Shown: positions 10,903-22,090 of the stretch, piece by piece | Layout: the number at the start of each line of letters is the position of its first letter | Numbering within the stretch: the first letter of the stretch is position 1 | DNA from: Trueperaceae bacterium | Lineage (GTDB): Bacteria; Deinococcota; Deinococci; Deinococcales; Trueperaceae | Assembly (NCBI GenBank): GCA_034520945.1 | Contig: JAXHNB010000008.1 | Location: 32,001-96,000 of the forward strand | Length of the DNA stretch: 64,000 nucleotides | Direction of reading: 5' to 3' | Translations under genes and position numbers: made by a program | Notes under the pieces: generated by a model | Databases searched by the model: none | Told to the model about the DNA's origin: nothing | What the model saw: the letters and a program-made list of their open reading frames with translations, nothing else

Positions 10903-11431
10903 TCAGGGCTTGCCTTCTTCGCGTTGCAGGATCATCGCGGCAAGGTTCACGAGGAACAGCATGACGATGCCGGGCAGCGCCGTCTGAAACGATGATCCGA
11001 GCAACCCCCAGGCGCTCTCGGGAGCGCCCGAGCTCAGCCAGAAGGCCACGGTGACCAAGGTATGGGCGACGGCATAGCAAGCCGGGGCGACGAGCGGGTT
11101 GCGAGGCATCCACCGCATCGAAAACAGCACCAGCACGACGAACACGACCAACTCGACCGTGATCATTGACAGTGCGGGCGTGGGGGGTAGGCCCGTAACG
11201 AGATTGTTGACGATGGGAGCCAGGGCCGCTGCGGCGAAGGCCGGCACGGAGCCGAACACGAACAAGGCGATGAGCGGTGCCCAGAAGATCGGCAGGAGCG
11301 TGGAGCCCAACCGCACGCCTTCCGCAGCGGGAAGAAGGTGGATCAGGGAACGGAAACAGTACGGACGCAGCGATGGCGACCACGCTTGCCGAGACGGTTC
11401 GGGCGGTGCGCGATTCCAGTAGGAGGGTCAT
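10903..11431 (-). CDS. ECF transporter S component-like membrane protein (one frameshift near 11340)
   Basis: SVLFPF(LIHL)..G..LLPIF..PL...LAPIVN.L.TG.P...MI..EL pattern; GAAAGGAG RBS. Confidence 0.65.
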
Positions 11432-11645
11432 GGAGGTCTCCTTTCATGTGGGGTGCCCGCGATGCATGGGTCTGACCCGTACGGCTCCGGTGAGCGTTGC
11501 GCATGGCACGGAGGACCGGGGGTCCGGGTATTCGACCCAGCGTTCGATGCGACACCCACGTTCGTCCTTGGTCACGTTGGCTCACGCCGCCTTATGAGGT
11601 AGGCACGTGGCGTCGCCTACGTCCCAAGCGAAGCCGAGTTGCACC

Positions 11646-11661
11646 ATGCTAGCGCTAACAT
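11646..11661. promoter_or_regulatory. LacI-type operator ATGCTAGCGCTAACAT next to a minus-strand CTGACA-17-TAGCAT promoter
   Basis: Palindrome with central CG; same motif occurs at 16248, 18225 and 18389. Confidence 0.7.
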
Positions 11662-11724
11662 CGATGCTAGTGCGTGCCGGAGGCTTTGTCAGACGAGGTC
11701 AACTCGGGCAGGGGCGCGCGGTCG

Positions 11725-12758
11725 TCACGTGCTATCTCTGGCCACCAGCTCGAATCCGAGGTCCACCCGGCGCGCTCCACCGTTTCCGTCCGCCAGGCTG
11801 TCGAGCACCATTTCGGCGGCCTTGGTGCCGAGCGCGCGCCGATGGATTCGCACCGTGGTGAGGCCTGGCAGAACCTGACTCGCGATCTCGAGGTCGTCGA
11901 AGCCTGCGATGGCGACCTCCTCGAGGGATCTGGAGGGTTCTTCGGTTCGCTTGGAGTATGGCGCCGGCTGCAAGCGTGTCGTTCGCGAAAAAGATGGCGT
12001 CCGTGTCGGGCCTTCGCTGCAGAATAGTGTCGAGCGCGTCCGCACCGGCCCGAAGACTGAACACGCTGGTAAGCATGGCATCGCTCCGGCGCTCGTGGTT
12101 CAACTCGCGTACCGCATCCACGAAGCCCCGTCGCCGTTCGGCGGCACGATCGTTGTCGCCGATCGGGGCGGAGACGAAGCCGAGCCGGCGGTAGCCGCGC
12201 GTGTGAAGGTGCTGCACCATGGCGTAGGCCGCTTGGTAGTTCGAGAAGCCGACGCTTCCTACGGACGGAGAGCCCAACAGTGACCAGGTTTCGACGACGG
12301 GAATCGCGGCGCGTTGCAGGAGTCGTGCCGTGCCCGGCGAGCGGTTGGCGCCCGTGAGGATCATGCCTTCGACCTGTCTGGCCAGGAACGCCCGGACCAA
12401 CTTCTCTTCCTCGAGCGGATCGTAGCTGTTGCTACCCAGGATCAGCTGATAACCGGCACCGTCGAGGACCTCCATCATGCCTTGCAGCATCTCCGCGAAG
12501 ATCGAGTTCGCGAGAGTCGGGACGATGGCGGCAACCGTCTTGCTTTCGCTCGTTGCCAGGTTCCCTGCCACCGAGGATTCGGAATGTATCCGATTTCGGC
12601 GATCGCCTCGTGGACCTTCGCGCGGGTGGCTCGAGCCACAAGCTCCGGGGTTCGGATCGCCGGGAAACCGTGATCGTGGACACCCCGGCTCGGCGTGCCA
12701 CGTCGGCCAAGGTGGCGCGGCCGTGCCCACGGCGTCGCTGCGCGTGAGCATCGCTCAC
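11725..12758 (-). CDS. LacI family transcriptional regulator (several frameshifts)
   Basis: ATLADVARRAGVSTITVSR HTH; FFANDTLAAG; IAGFDD; LTTV; FELVARDST*. Confidence 0.85.
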
Positions 12759-13803
12759 GGCGCGTCGCTTTTTCGTTCGAGCGCAGCGTACGTCCTAGCT
12801 CGGGCCGCTCCGCAGAGATCCATGGTGCCTCCGACGGATTCGCCCACGGGCCTTGCGTCTCGGGCGCCGGGCCTGACCGTGCGCACCCGCACGCGAATAC
12901 ACATCCAGCGTTTCACGAAAGCCCTCGACCAACGCGTGGTAGGCGAAAGGCCCATAATCGCGCTGTACGGCGTCATCGCTCAAATCGGCGGCAATCGGCA
13001 ACGGCTCGTCCGTGACCTCGACCAAACCATGCGTGCCGGTAGCCTGTTCGATCGCACGTACCACATCCGGCATGGGCAGGACCGTCCCGCGGACGTTGTA
13101 CACCTGGCCGGTATCGCTTGGAGCGAGCGCCAACTTCGTGAACAGCGCTGCGACGTCCTCGGCGTGATGAAGCGCCACGTCGCCTCCAAAGCCGATCCGG
13201 TACCGTTCGCCTCTTGCGGCAGCCAGCAGCGCCAGGTTGATGTCCGCCGTCAACCCTTCCTCGCGTCCAGGACCGTACACGATGTAGGGCCGCAATCCGT
13301 TGACCCGCACCCCGTAGTCGCGCGCATACGTGCGGGCCATGCGTTCGTTGGCTGCCTTGAACACGCCGTAGAGGCTCTGAGGGTCCACCGGGTGCGTTTC
13401 AGTCATGGGTCCCTCGCTCGGGGCAGCGTTCGAGACCCAGGCGCTGGACGCATAGCGCAACGTTGAAGGCCTGCTCCCGCGCGGTCTCGAGCACGGTCAT
13501 GAAGCTCTTCACGTTGACGTCGACGCACTGCAGTGGGTGTCGCTTGCACGTCGGCATTCAGGAGCGAAGCGAGGTGGATGACGGCGTCGGGCGCTTCTAG
13601 GCGAAGCACGTCTCGAAACCGTTGCGTGTCCGTTACGTCCACGGTGTGCACGTTCAGCGCTGCCCTCGATCCCCAACAAGGTCGCGTTCGGAAGGTCCGG
13701 TTTCACGTCCACGCCGACGATGCGATGGCCTTCGCTCAGAAGTCTCTTCGCCGATCCAGCTGCCGATGCAGCCCGCTACGCCGGTTATGACCACGGTCGA
13801 CAC
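12755..13803 (-). CDS. NAD-dependent epimerase/dehydratase (frameshifted)
   Basis: MSTVVITGVAGCIGSW; VIHLAS; YASS; PQSLYGVFKAANE (YxxxK); LRPYIVYGPGR. Confidence 0.8.
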
Positions 13804-13806
13804 GAG

Positions 13807-14758
13807 TCACCTCCATTCTCTTTTGCGCCGTGCCCGCAGGCAGCTGAACGGCGCCTGGCCGCATGTGCCGTCGTGTCGGTACAGCTGTACGAGTTCGGCG
13901 CTGTCGGTTCGGCCAGGCCGCGCTCCAGGGCGTCGCGCGTCGCCTTCTGCAGGGCCGGCGCTGCGATGAGGGGTACCCCCGCCTGCTGGCACATCTCAAC
14001 GGCCAAACGCAGGTCCTTGTCCAACAACTGGACCGTGAACACGGTTTCGAGGTCCTGTCCGAGCATGCGCGGGGCCAGCGAGCGAAACAGTGGGCTCACG
14101 GTCGCAGCAGAGCTGCCGGCCACGATGTCGACGAACCTTGCCGGATCGACGTCGAGGTAGTCGCACGATCCGATTGCTTCGGCCGTGATCACGTTGATGG
14201 CTGCGAACATCATGTTGTTCAGCAGTTTGATGGTGTGTCCGGCCCCGAGGGCGCCGACATGATGCAAGCTCGGCGCGATCTCCTCGAGCACGGGGCGGGC
14301 GCGGTCGAACGCCGGCCTTTCCCCGCCGATGGGCATGGTCCAGGAGCCACAGCTTTCGGGGCGTCCCAGGATGGGGGCGTCGACGACCCGCGCGCCCGCG
14401 TCGCCGAGCTCCGCGGCAATGCTTCGCAACTCGTTCGGTGCCGAGGTGCTGGCATCCACGAATACGGCCTGGGACGTCGCGAACGATCGCTGGTTCGGTT
14501 CGCTCAGCAGGATCGAGCGCGTCTCGGCCGCGGAGGGAAGCGACGAATCACCACTTCGCTGCGCGCGAACAGCTCGGTGGGATCGCCGACGTTCTCGACG
14601 CCGTCGACCTCCACGTGGCGAACGTCCCACCCGAGCACGGGATGATGCCGCTGCAGCGTAGCCGCGATGGCCGAGCCCATCGCGACCGAGGCCGACCACG
14701 CCGACGTGGGACTGCCCGTGTCCGTCGACTTCTCGGTTGGGCCGTCGGTCACCGTCAT
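13807..14758 (-). CDS. NAD(P)-dependent oxidoreductase, beta-hydroxyacid dehydrogenase family (frameshifted)
   Basis: VGLG, VDAST, VDAPILG, GAGHTIKLLNN, KDLRLA. Confidence 0.8.
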
Positions 14759-16185
14759 CGACTCAACCTCCGGCCGCCGGTCACGTGGACGGCGGGTTTG
14801 GACACGGCTGGCACCACGGGCATTCTCGGTTCGCTCCGGAGCAAGCGCTCCGCGCGTGCCAACGCGTCCTCGAACGAGTCCGCCGGCGTGCATCCCATGC
14901 CGCGGGCGTAGCCTGGCTTCTTGGCTCCGACCACGTAGGTGCCGAGCGCGTTGCGCGTTGCCAGGCTTCCCATGTAGGCCATCGAGAAGCCATGAAACGG
15001 GTGGTAGGCGTACTCGCGCCGGCTACTTGTGGACCCACTCCGGGTTGGTGCGAACTCCTCCTCGAACGCGGTCAGCTGGTGCGCACCATTCAGGTCCTGA
15101 AGCTTGTCGTAGATCGCTTCATAGGCGGGGAACCACGCATGGTTGAACCACCCGTCGCAGATCGGTCGTGCGCGATGATCACGAAGTCGTCTTCCAGCGC
15201 CCCGGCGGTCCGCGCGACCCACGAGCCCATCCCTTGCAGCATCAGGATGGGGTTCGGACGCCCATGCCGGGCCCGTAGTGAAACGCCCGGGAATGCCGAG
15301 CACCAGGACGTTGCGCTTGGGGCCGTCCACGGTCACGTCGGTACGGGTGGACGCCTTCGGCCACGTGGACCGTTCGACCTCGTCGGGGGCGCCCGCCACG
15401 ACCTGCATCTGCTCGGATCGGCCGTTCAGTACGGCATCGACGAGGAAGAAGTCCTTGTTCATTTCGGACTCGATCTTGCGGCCGATGGACCTGAGTTGAT
15501 GCCGGAAGTGCGACTCGGTCGCCGACGGGCACGAAGATCGTCCCGGTACATCGTTGCCGGCGTGTGATGACACCTGATGGAGCGCCAACTCGTGAACCCC
15601 GTACACGGCATCTTGTAGCCGCCGCTGTACCCCCGTACGGGATTCCCCATGGTGTGGCCCAGCATGATGGTGAGGTCGGCTTCGAACGCGTCGCGATTGA
15701 AGTCCACATGGTCGCCGTGCTCCGTCTGGCCGAGGACCACCATCCCGGCGGGATCCTCGGCGTCGTGGTTGACGAGGCGGGCGGGTCCGAAACCGTTTCA
15801 CGAGGTCGTCACCCAAGTAGCTCGCGAACTCTTCCGGGGTGTTCATTCGGTGCAGCCCGATCCCGCACACGAGCTTGATGTTCTCGTCCTTGACCCCGGC
15901 CCGCTCGAGTTCCTCCAAGATCAACGGGATCGCGACGCGGCGGTGCGAGGTCTCGTGGAAACCACCCTTCACGCGGTCCGGAAAGCCGATCACGACCTTG
16001 GAGCGGCCGTCGACCAGCGAGCGGATCGGCTTGCGGCCCAATGGGTTCGCCAAGGCGTTTCGCGTGGCCTAGACGGGATCTTCCAGCGGCGCGGGCTCTT
16101 CGAACAGCGCCCCGGACGGACGATCGGCGTCCCGTTGGGAAGAGTGAGGGAAGACCCCGTCTCCGTACTCGAGATCCACGTTCAT
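14755..16185 (-). CDS. Lactate racemase (LarA/DUF2088) superfamily protein, putative nickel-pincer-dependent racemase/epimerase (multiple frameshifts)
   Basis: MNVDLEYGDG; ANPLG..P; VVIGFPD; VCGIGLHRMNT.EE; NHD; LGQT; GYSGGYK; SIRCHH. Confidence 0.7.
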
Positions 16186-16247
16186 GTCGGTCTCCCTTCG
16201 GCCCCGCCTTGCGGGGACGGGTCAGGCGGCACGTCATGCGATGCGGT

Positions 16248-16261
16248 TGACAGCGCTGTCA
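16248..16261. promoter_or_regulatory. LacI-type operator TGACAGCGCTGTCA
   Basis: Perfect palindrome beside a minus-strand TAGGTT -10 upstream of the LarA-like gene. Confidence 0.75.
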
Positions 16262-16324
16262 TGAACCTAGTCATCGTGACCCATCGGCGTCGATCGTGCC
16301 TTGCTGCTGCGCCGGCTCTGCTCA

Positions 16325-17128
16325 TCACTCGGGCACGTACTGTTGCATCACCAGCGATTCGACGTGCCGTCGGGATTCGGGTAAACTCCTCGGTGGTCTT
16401 CGTCTCGGCCTCGCGGGGGAAGGGGAAGGGGACGTCCACGATCTCGTAGACCTTTGCGGCCGGGCGGTCACCACCACGATGCGGTTGGACACGAAGATGG
16501 CCTCTTCAACGGAGTGCATCACGAACACGACCGTCTTGCGTTCCTCCGCCAGGATGCGCAACACCAACTCCTGCATGAAGCCCCGCGTCTGGGCGTCCAA
16601 GGCGGCGAAGGGCTCGTCCATCAGCAAGATTTTGGGATTCACGGCGTAGGCGCGCGCGATCGCGACGCGTTGCTTCATGCCTCCCGACAGCGCCTTGGGA
16701 TATGCGTTCTCGAAGCCCGTGAGGCCCATGAGATCGATGTAGCGCTGGGCGATGTGGGCACGTTCCCCGGAGGGCTTGAAGTCGGCCCGTAGCCGGAGGC
16801 CGAACATCACGTTTTGTTGCACCGTCATGTAGGGGAACACCGCGTACTGTTGAAACACCACCCCGCGTTCGGGGTCGGGACCGCGAACCGGTGCACCCCC
16901 GACCAGCACGTTGCCAGAGGTCGGAAGCCACAATCCGGACAGGAGGTTGAGCAGCGTCGTTTTGCCGGAGCCGCTCGGGCCGACCACGGCCACGGCTTGC
17001 CCTTCCTCGACGGCGAACGAGAGGTCGTCGATGACGGAAAGCGGCCCGGCGTCGGTCTCCAAGGACTTGGAGACGTTGCGGAGCTCGATGCTGGCGTTGT
17101 TCGCTTTGCTACGCTCGGCCACGGTCAA
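16325..17128 (-). CDS. ABC transporter ATP-binding protein, NitT/TauT family
   Basis: [28 protein letters not shown]; local indels near the 3' end. Confidence 0.9.
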   Translation of the reverse strand: MTVAERSKANNASIELRNVSKSLETDAGPLSVIDDLSFAVEEGQAVAVVGPSGSGKTTLLNLLSGLWLPTSGNVLVGGAPVRGPDPERGVVFQQYAVFPYMTVQQNVMFGLRLRADFKPSGERAHIAQRYIDLMGLTGFENAYPKALSGGMKQRVAIARAYAVNPKILLMDEPFAALDAQTRGFMQELVLRILAEERKTVVFVMHSVEEAIFVSNRIVVVTARPQRSTRSWTSPSPSPARPRRRPPRSLPESRRHVESLVMQQYVPE

Positions 17129-17924
17129 ATGCCTTCCCGCCACGCCACGAAGCGGGCGCTGAGGCGCCGCACCCCGGCGTCCATCGTCAACGCCACCAGC
17201 CCGATGAGGATGATGCCCAGGAAGATGGTGGGAATCTGAAAGAAGTTGCTGGCGTTCTGAATCATGGCGCCCAGCCCGGTGCGGGCGGCGACGAGCTCGG
17301 CCGCGACCAAGGTGGCCCAGGCCACGCCGAGTGCGACGCGGAACGCGGTGAGGATGTGCGGGATGGAGAGTGGGAACAGTACGTACTGAAACAGTTCGCG
17401 GCGGTTGGCGCCGAGGACTTGGGCCGCCTTGATGTAGATCGCTTCGATCGAGGTGATGCCCTCGTAGATCACGATCGTGGCAGGGAAGAACGAGGCGTAG
17501 ATCAGCACGAACAGACGTCCACTCTCGCCAATGCCCACGTAGACGACCACAAGCGGCACCAGGGCGATCGGTGGGAGTGCGCGAAGGAAGTTTGCGAGAG
17601 GATCGAAGAAGCGTCGCACGGACGGGAACCAACCCAAGATGAAACCGGCGGGGATTGCGAGGATCACGCCGATCACGACGCCGAGGAGCACACGCAGCGT
17701 GCTCGCGATGATGTGCGGCCAAATCTCGCCCGTGGAGGCCAATCGGAGCCCGGCGTTCGCCACGTCGAGCGGGGAGGGAGAAGCGATTGGCTTACCGAGT
17801 CCCGCCATGGTCAGACCCTGCCACAGCAGGATCACCACGGCGAACGGCACGAGGTTGAACAGGGCCGAAGGGATCGCGAACCCGATCCGCGCCTGCTCAC
17901 CTGTGGTCGTTCCTGGTCTGCCAC
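17125..17924 (-). CDS. ABC transporter permease, NitT/TauT family (5' frameshift)
   Basis: [39 protein letters not shown] at 17924. Confidence 0.85.
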
Positions 17925-18224
17925 GTTGGTGCCTCCCTTCGGTCTGCACGACGTTCTTTGCGTGTGGCGACCGGAGCCCGTGCGAACGGGCGTGGCGCGC
18001 GCGTGTGGCCCTGCAGGCTGGCGACGCCAAGGCCGGGTACCCGTCGGTGCGCTCGGGCGTACCGTCGCCGCCGTCTGCCAGGGCCTGGCCCGTTGCGATC
18101 GACGAGCGATACGTCTCCTCACCCGTCGGGGCCTGTAGCGGCTTCGAAGAATGCGCATGGGAGCCGGCATGCGCAGCCCTTCGTCTCTGGGATCGGGGCC
18201 ACACGAAGCCGTTGCGGCCCCTTC

Positions 18225-18403
18225 ATGTTAGCGCTGTCGTGACCGTACTCCATGGCGTCCGACCTGTCGACGAGGCGCCTTGCCGCGGGCTGCGACGCCG
18301 CGACGTCACGCTGCCGCGTGGGGCGCGCAGTTCGCGAGGCGCGTCGCCAAGGCTTTGTCATCGATGGTGCCGCGTGCTAGGGTGCTCGATGTTAGCGCAA
18401 TCA
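18225..18403. promoter_or_regulatory. Divergent promoter region with two LacI-type operators
   Basis: ATGTTAGCGCTGTCGT (18225) and ATGTTAGCGCAATCA (18389); plus-strand TTGTCA-17-TAGGGT promoter. Confidence 0.65.
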
Positions 18404-18514
18404 GGGCACGAAGCCATCGCCCGAACACGGCCAAACGTGAGGTTGGGAGCCGCTTCACGGCCGGTGTTCTCCGCGGCGCACGCCGCGGACCGACAAGTTC
18501 AGGAGGGATCGAGA

Positions 18515-19507
18515 ATGCGCAAGATGATGATTGGTTGCATGTTGGCGTTGGGCCTCGTGGTGTCGGCGGCCCATGCTCAGGATATGGACACCGTACCGGG
18601 TGGGGTACCTGCACACCCTCGCCGTGGACGGTCAGTTCTGGACGGCCATCGACAACGGCCTGTTCGAGGAACAGGGCTTGAACGTGGAGCCCATTCAGTT
18701 CAATTCGGGCATCCCGCTTCCCAAGCTCTCTCGGGCGGAAGCGTCGACGTGGCCATCATGGGCGCCGTGATCTCCAACTTCCTCCGGCGGGGTGGGAACG
18801 GTGTTCCTGACGAACAACATCGAGGCCGGTACGGCCATGATCTACGTGCAGGGCGATAGCGGCATCGAAAGCGTCGAAGACCTGGTGGGTACAGATATCT
18901 CGACCACCCAAGGCACCACCGCGCACGTGATGCTGGCCACGGCGCTGCAGCAGAACGGTCTTGACCCCAATGGCGCCAACGTCGTCAACATGGACATGGC
19001 CGCCGCGGTGAGCACCTTCGTGAACGGCGGCGTCCCCGCGGTGGCGACATGGTGGCCGTTCAACACGCAGATCGAGGCGAACGCCCCCGACGCCGAGCTG
19101 CTGACCACCGCGCCGGGGAGTACTATCCGGATGCGGCCATCATCGAGGCTGGATCGCCAACCAGCGCTACTACGAGAACAACCGCGACGTCCTGGTTCGC
19201 ATCACCGCGCGCGTGGATCGAAGCCAACGACATGCTCGAAAGCGACACCGACGCCGTGCGTCGCCGCCCTGCAGGAAACCATTATCCCGAACTCACCGTC
19301 GAGGACCTGCAGGACGGGTTCGAGTTGCTTCGCACCTTCGACAACGACGGGTGGAACGAACGCTGGCAGGACGGGACCGTCGTCGAGTGGATCGGGCAGG
19401 TCGAGCAGGTCTTCGTCGACATCGGTGCGCTCGAGAACTTCGTCGACCCCAGCGAGTTCGTCGACGACAGCATCTTCCTGGAGGCGTACGAAGCCTGGAG
19501 CGAGTGA
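18515..19507 (+). CDS. ABC transporter substrate-binding protein, NitT/TauT/SsuA-like (multiple frameshifts)
   Basis: Signal peptide; RVGYLHT; GLFEEQGL; GIESVEDLVG; GTTAH; ATWWPF. Confidence 0.85.
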
Positions 19508-19845
19508 GAGCGACCGTTCACGCGGCCTCGGCGAGCGTAGGCCTCTTCGTGCGCCGGACGCATGGGTCCGGCGCACGGTGCTGCGGCCAGCCCGGGACTC
19601 GCGGCCTCGCGAGGAGGCGGAGGGGGCGCGTCGTGGACCGCACGGTGGGATGAGGCTTCGTGCACGTAGCGACGAGGTCGAGGACGATTCCTATCGCAGC
19701 GGGGCTGCACGCCTCCCCGGGCCGCGGTAGCATCCGACATGCTCCAGGACCCATGCACCCGCGTACGCCCGCGACGACCGATGCACGGCGAGGTGCCCCG
19801 CAGTTGGGCCGCCCTGACCCACCACCGCCCGGTCGAGGGCGCGTC

Positions 19846-21234
19846 GTGACCGCGGAACGGGGGATGCTCGACCTGGACGCCCTGACCGAAGCGGTCGCGG
19901 CGGGCACGATCGATACCGTGCTGGTGGCGTTCTCCGGGCCGTACGGAAGGCTGCTGGGCAAGCGCCTGGACGCGGAGTACTTCGTGTACTCCGCCGCCGC
20001 GTCCGGCACACACGTGTGCGACTACCTGCTGACCGCCGACATGGAGATGGAGCCGGTGCAGGGCTACGACTTCGCCAACTGGCACACCGGGTACGGCGAC
20101 GTGAAGCTGCGCCCGGACCTCGCCACCCTGCGGCACGCCAGTTGGCTGGACCGTAGCGCCATCGTCATGTGCGACGTACTGAATACCCAAAGCGGGGAAC
20201 CAACGACGGTGGCGCCCCGCTCGATCCTCGCGGGACAGGTCGAGCGATTGGCCCAGCGCGGCTTCCAGGCGGAGGCCGCCTCGGAACTGGAGTACTACCT
20301 CTACGAGGAGGACTACCGGCAGGCATCATTGCAGGGGCACGCCGATCTGCAGCCGGTGGGTTGGTACCTGGAGGACTACCACCTGCTGCAGGGCACGCGC
20401 GAGGAGGGGTTCACCGCCGAGGCGCGGCGGCACCTGCGGGCGTCCGGCATTCCCGTCGAGAGTTCCAAGGGCGAGTGGGGCCTGGGGCAGCACGAGGTCA
20501 ACGTGCGGCACGCCGAGGTGTCGGCGATGGCCGATCGGCACGCCCTGTTCAAGCAGTGCCTCAAGGAGGTCGCCGATCGCGTCGGGGTGAGCGTCACCTT
20601 CATGGCGAAGCCGCACGCGGGGCAGGCCGGTTCCTCCTGCCACCTGCACCTCAGCCTGTGGCACGGGGGCGCCAACGCCTTCGCCGGCTGGACGCCCGAC
20701 TCGGAGGACGGCCGGGATCACGGCAGCGACCTGTTCCGGCACTTCCTGGCCGGCTGGATGGCGCACGTGCACGAAACGATGGTGTTCTACGCCCCCACCG
20801 TGAACGCCTACAAGCGCTTCGAGACCGCTTCGTGGGCGCCAACGCGGGCCGCCTGGAGCTTCGACAACCGCACCGGCGGGTTCCGCGTGGTGGGGCATGG
20901 CCCCAGCCTGCGGATCGAGTGCCGCATCCCCGGCGCCGACGTGAACCCGCACCTGGCGTACGCCGCGGCGCTGGCGTCCGGCCTGGACGGCATCGAACGG
21001 GAACTCGAACCGCCCGCCGCCTTCGACGGCGACGTGTACGGCGCCACCGAGCTGCCGCTCCTGCCGACGAGCCTGCGGGAGGCCACCGACCTGTTCGAAG
21101 CCAGCGACTTCGCGCGCGCCGCGTTCGGAGATGGCGTGGTGGACCACTACGTGCACTTCTTCCGGACCGAGCAGGCGGCCTTCGACGCCAGCGTGACCGA
21201 CTGGGAGCGACAGCGCTACTTCGAGCGCATTTGA
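19846..21234 (+). CDS. Glutamine synthetase-like gamma-glutamylamine synthetase (GlnA4/PuuA-like), copy A
   Basis: GRLLGKR, ASELEYY, KGEWGLGQHEVN, TFMAKP, GSSCHLH, DNRT, RIECRIPGAD. Confidence 0.9.
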   Translation: MTAERGMLDLDALTEAVAAGTIDTVLVAFSGPYGRLLGKRLDAEYFVYSAAASGTHVCDYLLTADMEMEPVQGYDFANWHTGYGDVKLRPDLATLRHASWLDRSAIVMCDVLNTQSGEPTTVAPRSILAGQVERLAQRGFQAEAASELEYYLYEEDYRQASLQGHADLQPVGWYLEDYHLLQGTREEGFTAEARRHLRASGIPVESSKGEWGLGQHEVNVRHAEVSAMADRHALFKQCLKEVADRVGVSVTFMAKPHAGQAGSSCHLHLSLWHGGANAFAGWTPDSEDGRDHGSDLFRHFLAGWMAHVHETMVFYAPTVNAYKRFETASWAPTRAAWSFDNRTGGFRVVGHGPSLRIECRIPGADVNPHLAYAAALASGLDGIERELEPPAAFDGDVYGATELPLLPTSLREATDLFEASDFARAAFGDGVVDHYVHFFRTEQAAFDASVTDWERQRYFERI

Positions 21235-21298
21235 ATCACGGCGCATAGGGCCCGGTAGAACGAGAGGCCCCGTGACCGTGGAGGGGAATGGTGAAGTC

Positions 21299-22090
21299 AT
21301 GAACGCGAACGCCGAAGGGCGGCTGGCCGACAAGGTCGCCCTCATCACCGGGGCCGGCAGCGGCATCGGGCGCGAGACGGCGCTCCGCTTCGCGGGCGAA
21401 GGGGCCGCGGTGGTGGTCGCCGACGTGCAGGACGACGCCGGCCGCGCCACCGTCGCCGACGTCGAGGCGGCCGGCGGCCAGGCCGACTTCGTCCACGCCG
21501 ACGTGTCGCAGGCGGCGGACTGCGAAGCGATGATCGCCTTCGCGGAGGACCGCTTCGGCCGCCTGGACGTGCTGTTCAACAACGCCGGCATCATGGACGG
21601 CCGCGACGACGACGCCGTCGCTACCGACGAGGAGGTGTGGGACGTCACCATGGCCGTGAACGCCAAGGGGGTGTACTTCGGCTGCAAGTACGGCGTGCCG
21701 GCCCTGCGGCGGGCGGGCGGCGGATCGATCATCAACACCGCGTCGTTCGTGGCGCTGCGCGGCGCCGCCACCCCGCAGATCGCCTACACCGCCAGCAAGG
21801 GCGCGGTGCTGGCCCTGACCCGCGAGCTGGCGGTGGTGCACGCCCGCGAGAACATCCGCGTCAACGCGCTGTGCCCCGGTCCGCTCCGCACCGAGCTGCT
21901 GATGAAGGTCCTCGACACCGAGGAGAAGCGCCAGCGTCGCTTGGTGCACGTACCGATGGGCCGTTTCGGCGAGGCACGCGAGATGGCCGAGGCGGCGCTG
22001 TACCTGGCCGACGACGCCTCCTCCTACGTCACCGGCAGCGAACTCACCGTGGACGGCGGTCTCACCGCCGCGTACGTGACGCCGGAATGA
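21299..22090 (+). CDS. Short-chain dehydrogenase/reductase, copy A
   Basis: TGAGSGIG, NNAG, YTASK. Confidence 0.95.
   Translation: MNANAEGRLADKVALITGAGSGIGRETALRFAGEGAAVVVADVQDDAGRATVADVEAAGGQADFVHADVSQAADCEAMIAFAEDRFGRLDVLFNNAGIMDGRDDDAVATDEEVWDVTMAVNAKGVYFGCKYGVPALRRAGGGSIINTASFVALRGAATPQIAYTASKGAVLALTRELAVVHARENIRVNALCPGPLRTELLMKVLDTEEKRQRRLVHVPMGRFGEAREMAEAALYLADDASSYVTGSELTVDGGLTAAYVTPE

Noticed and set aside
11432..11645. Riboswitch in the ~210 nt leader of the ECF S-like gene
   Set aside because: Only a short GTAGGC/GCCTAC hairpin; I could not find cobalamin, TPP, FMN or SAM consensus motifs. An Rfam scan would be needed.
19846..21234. Calling this glnA (true glutamine synthetase)
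   Set aside because: Sequence and neighbourhood fit the gamma-glutamylamine synthetase subgroup.
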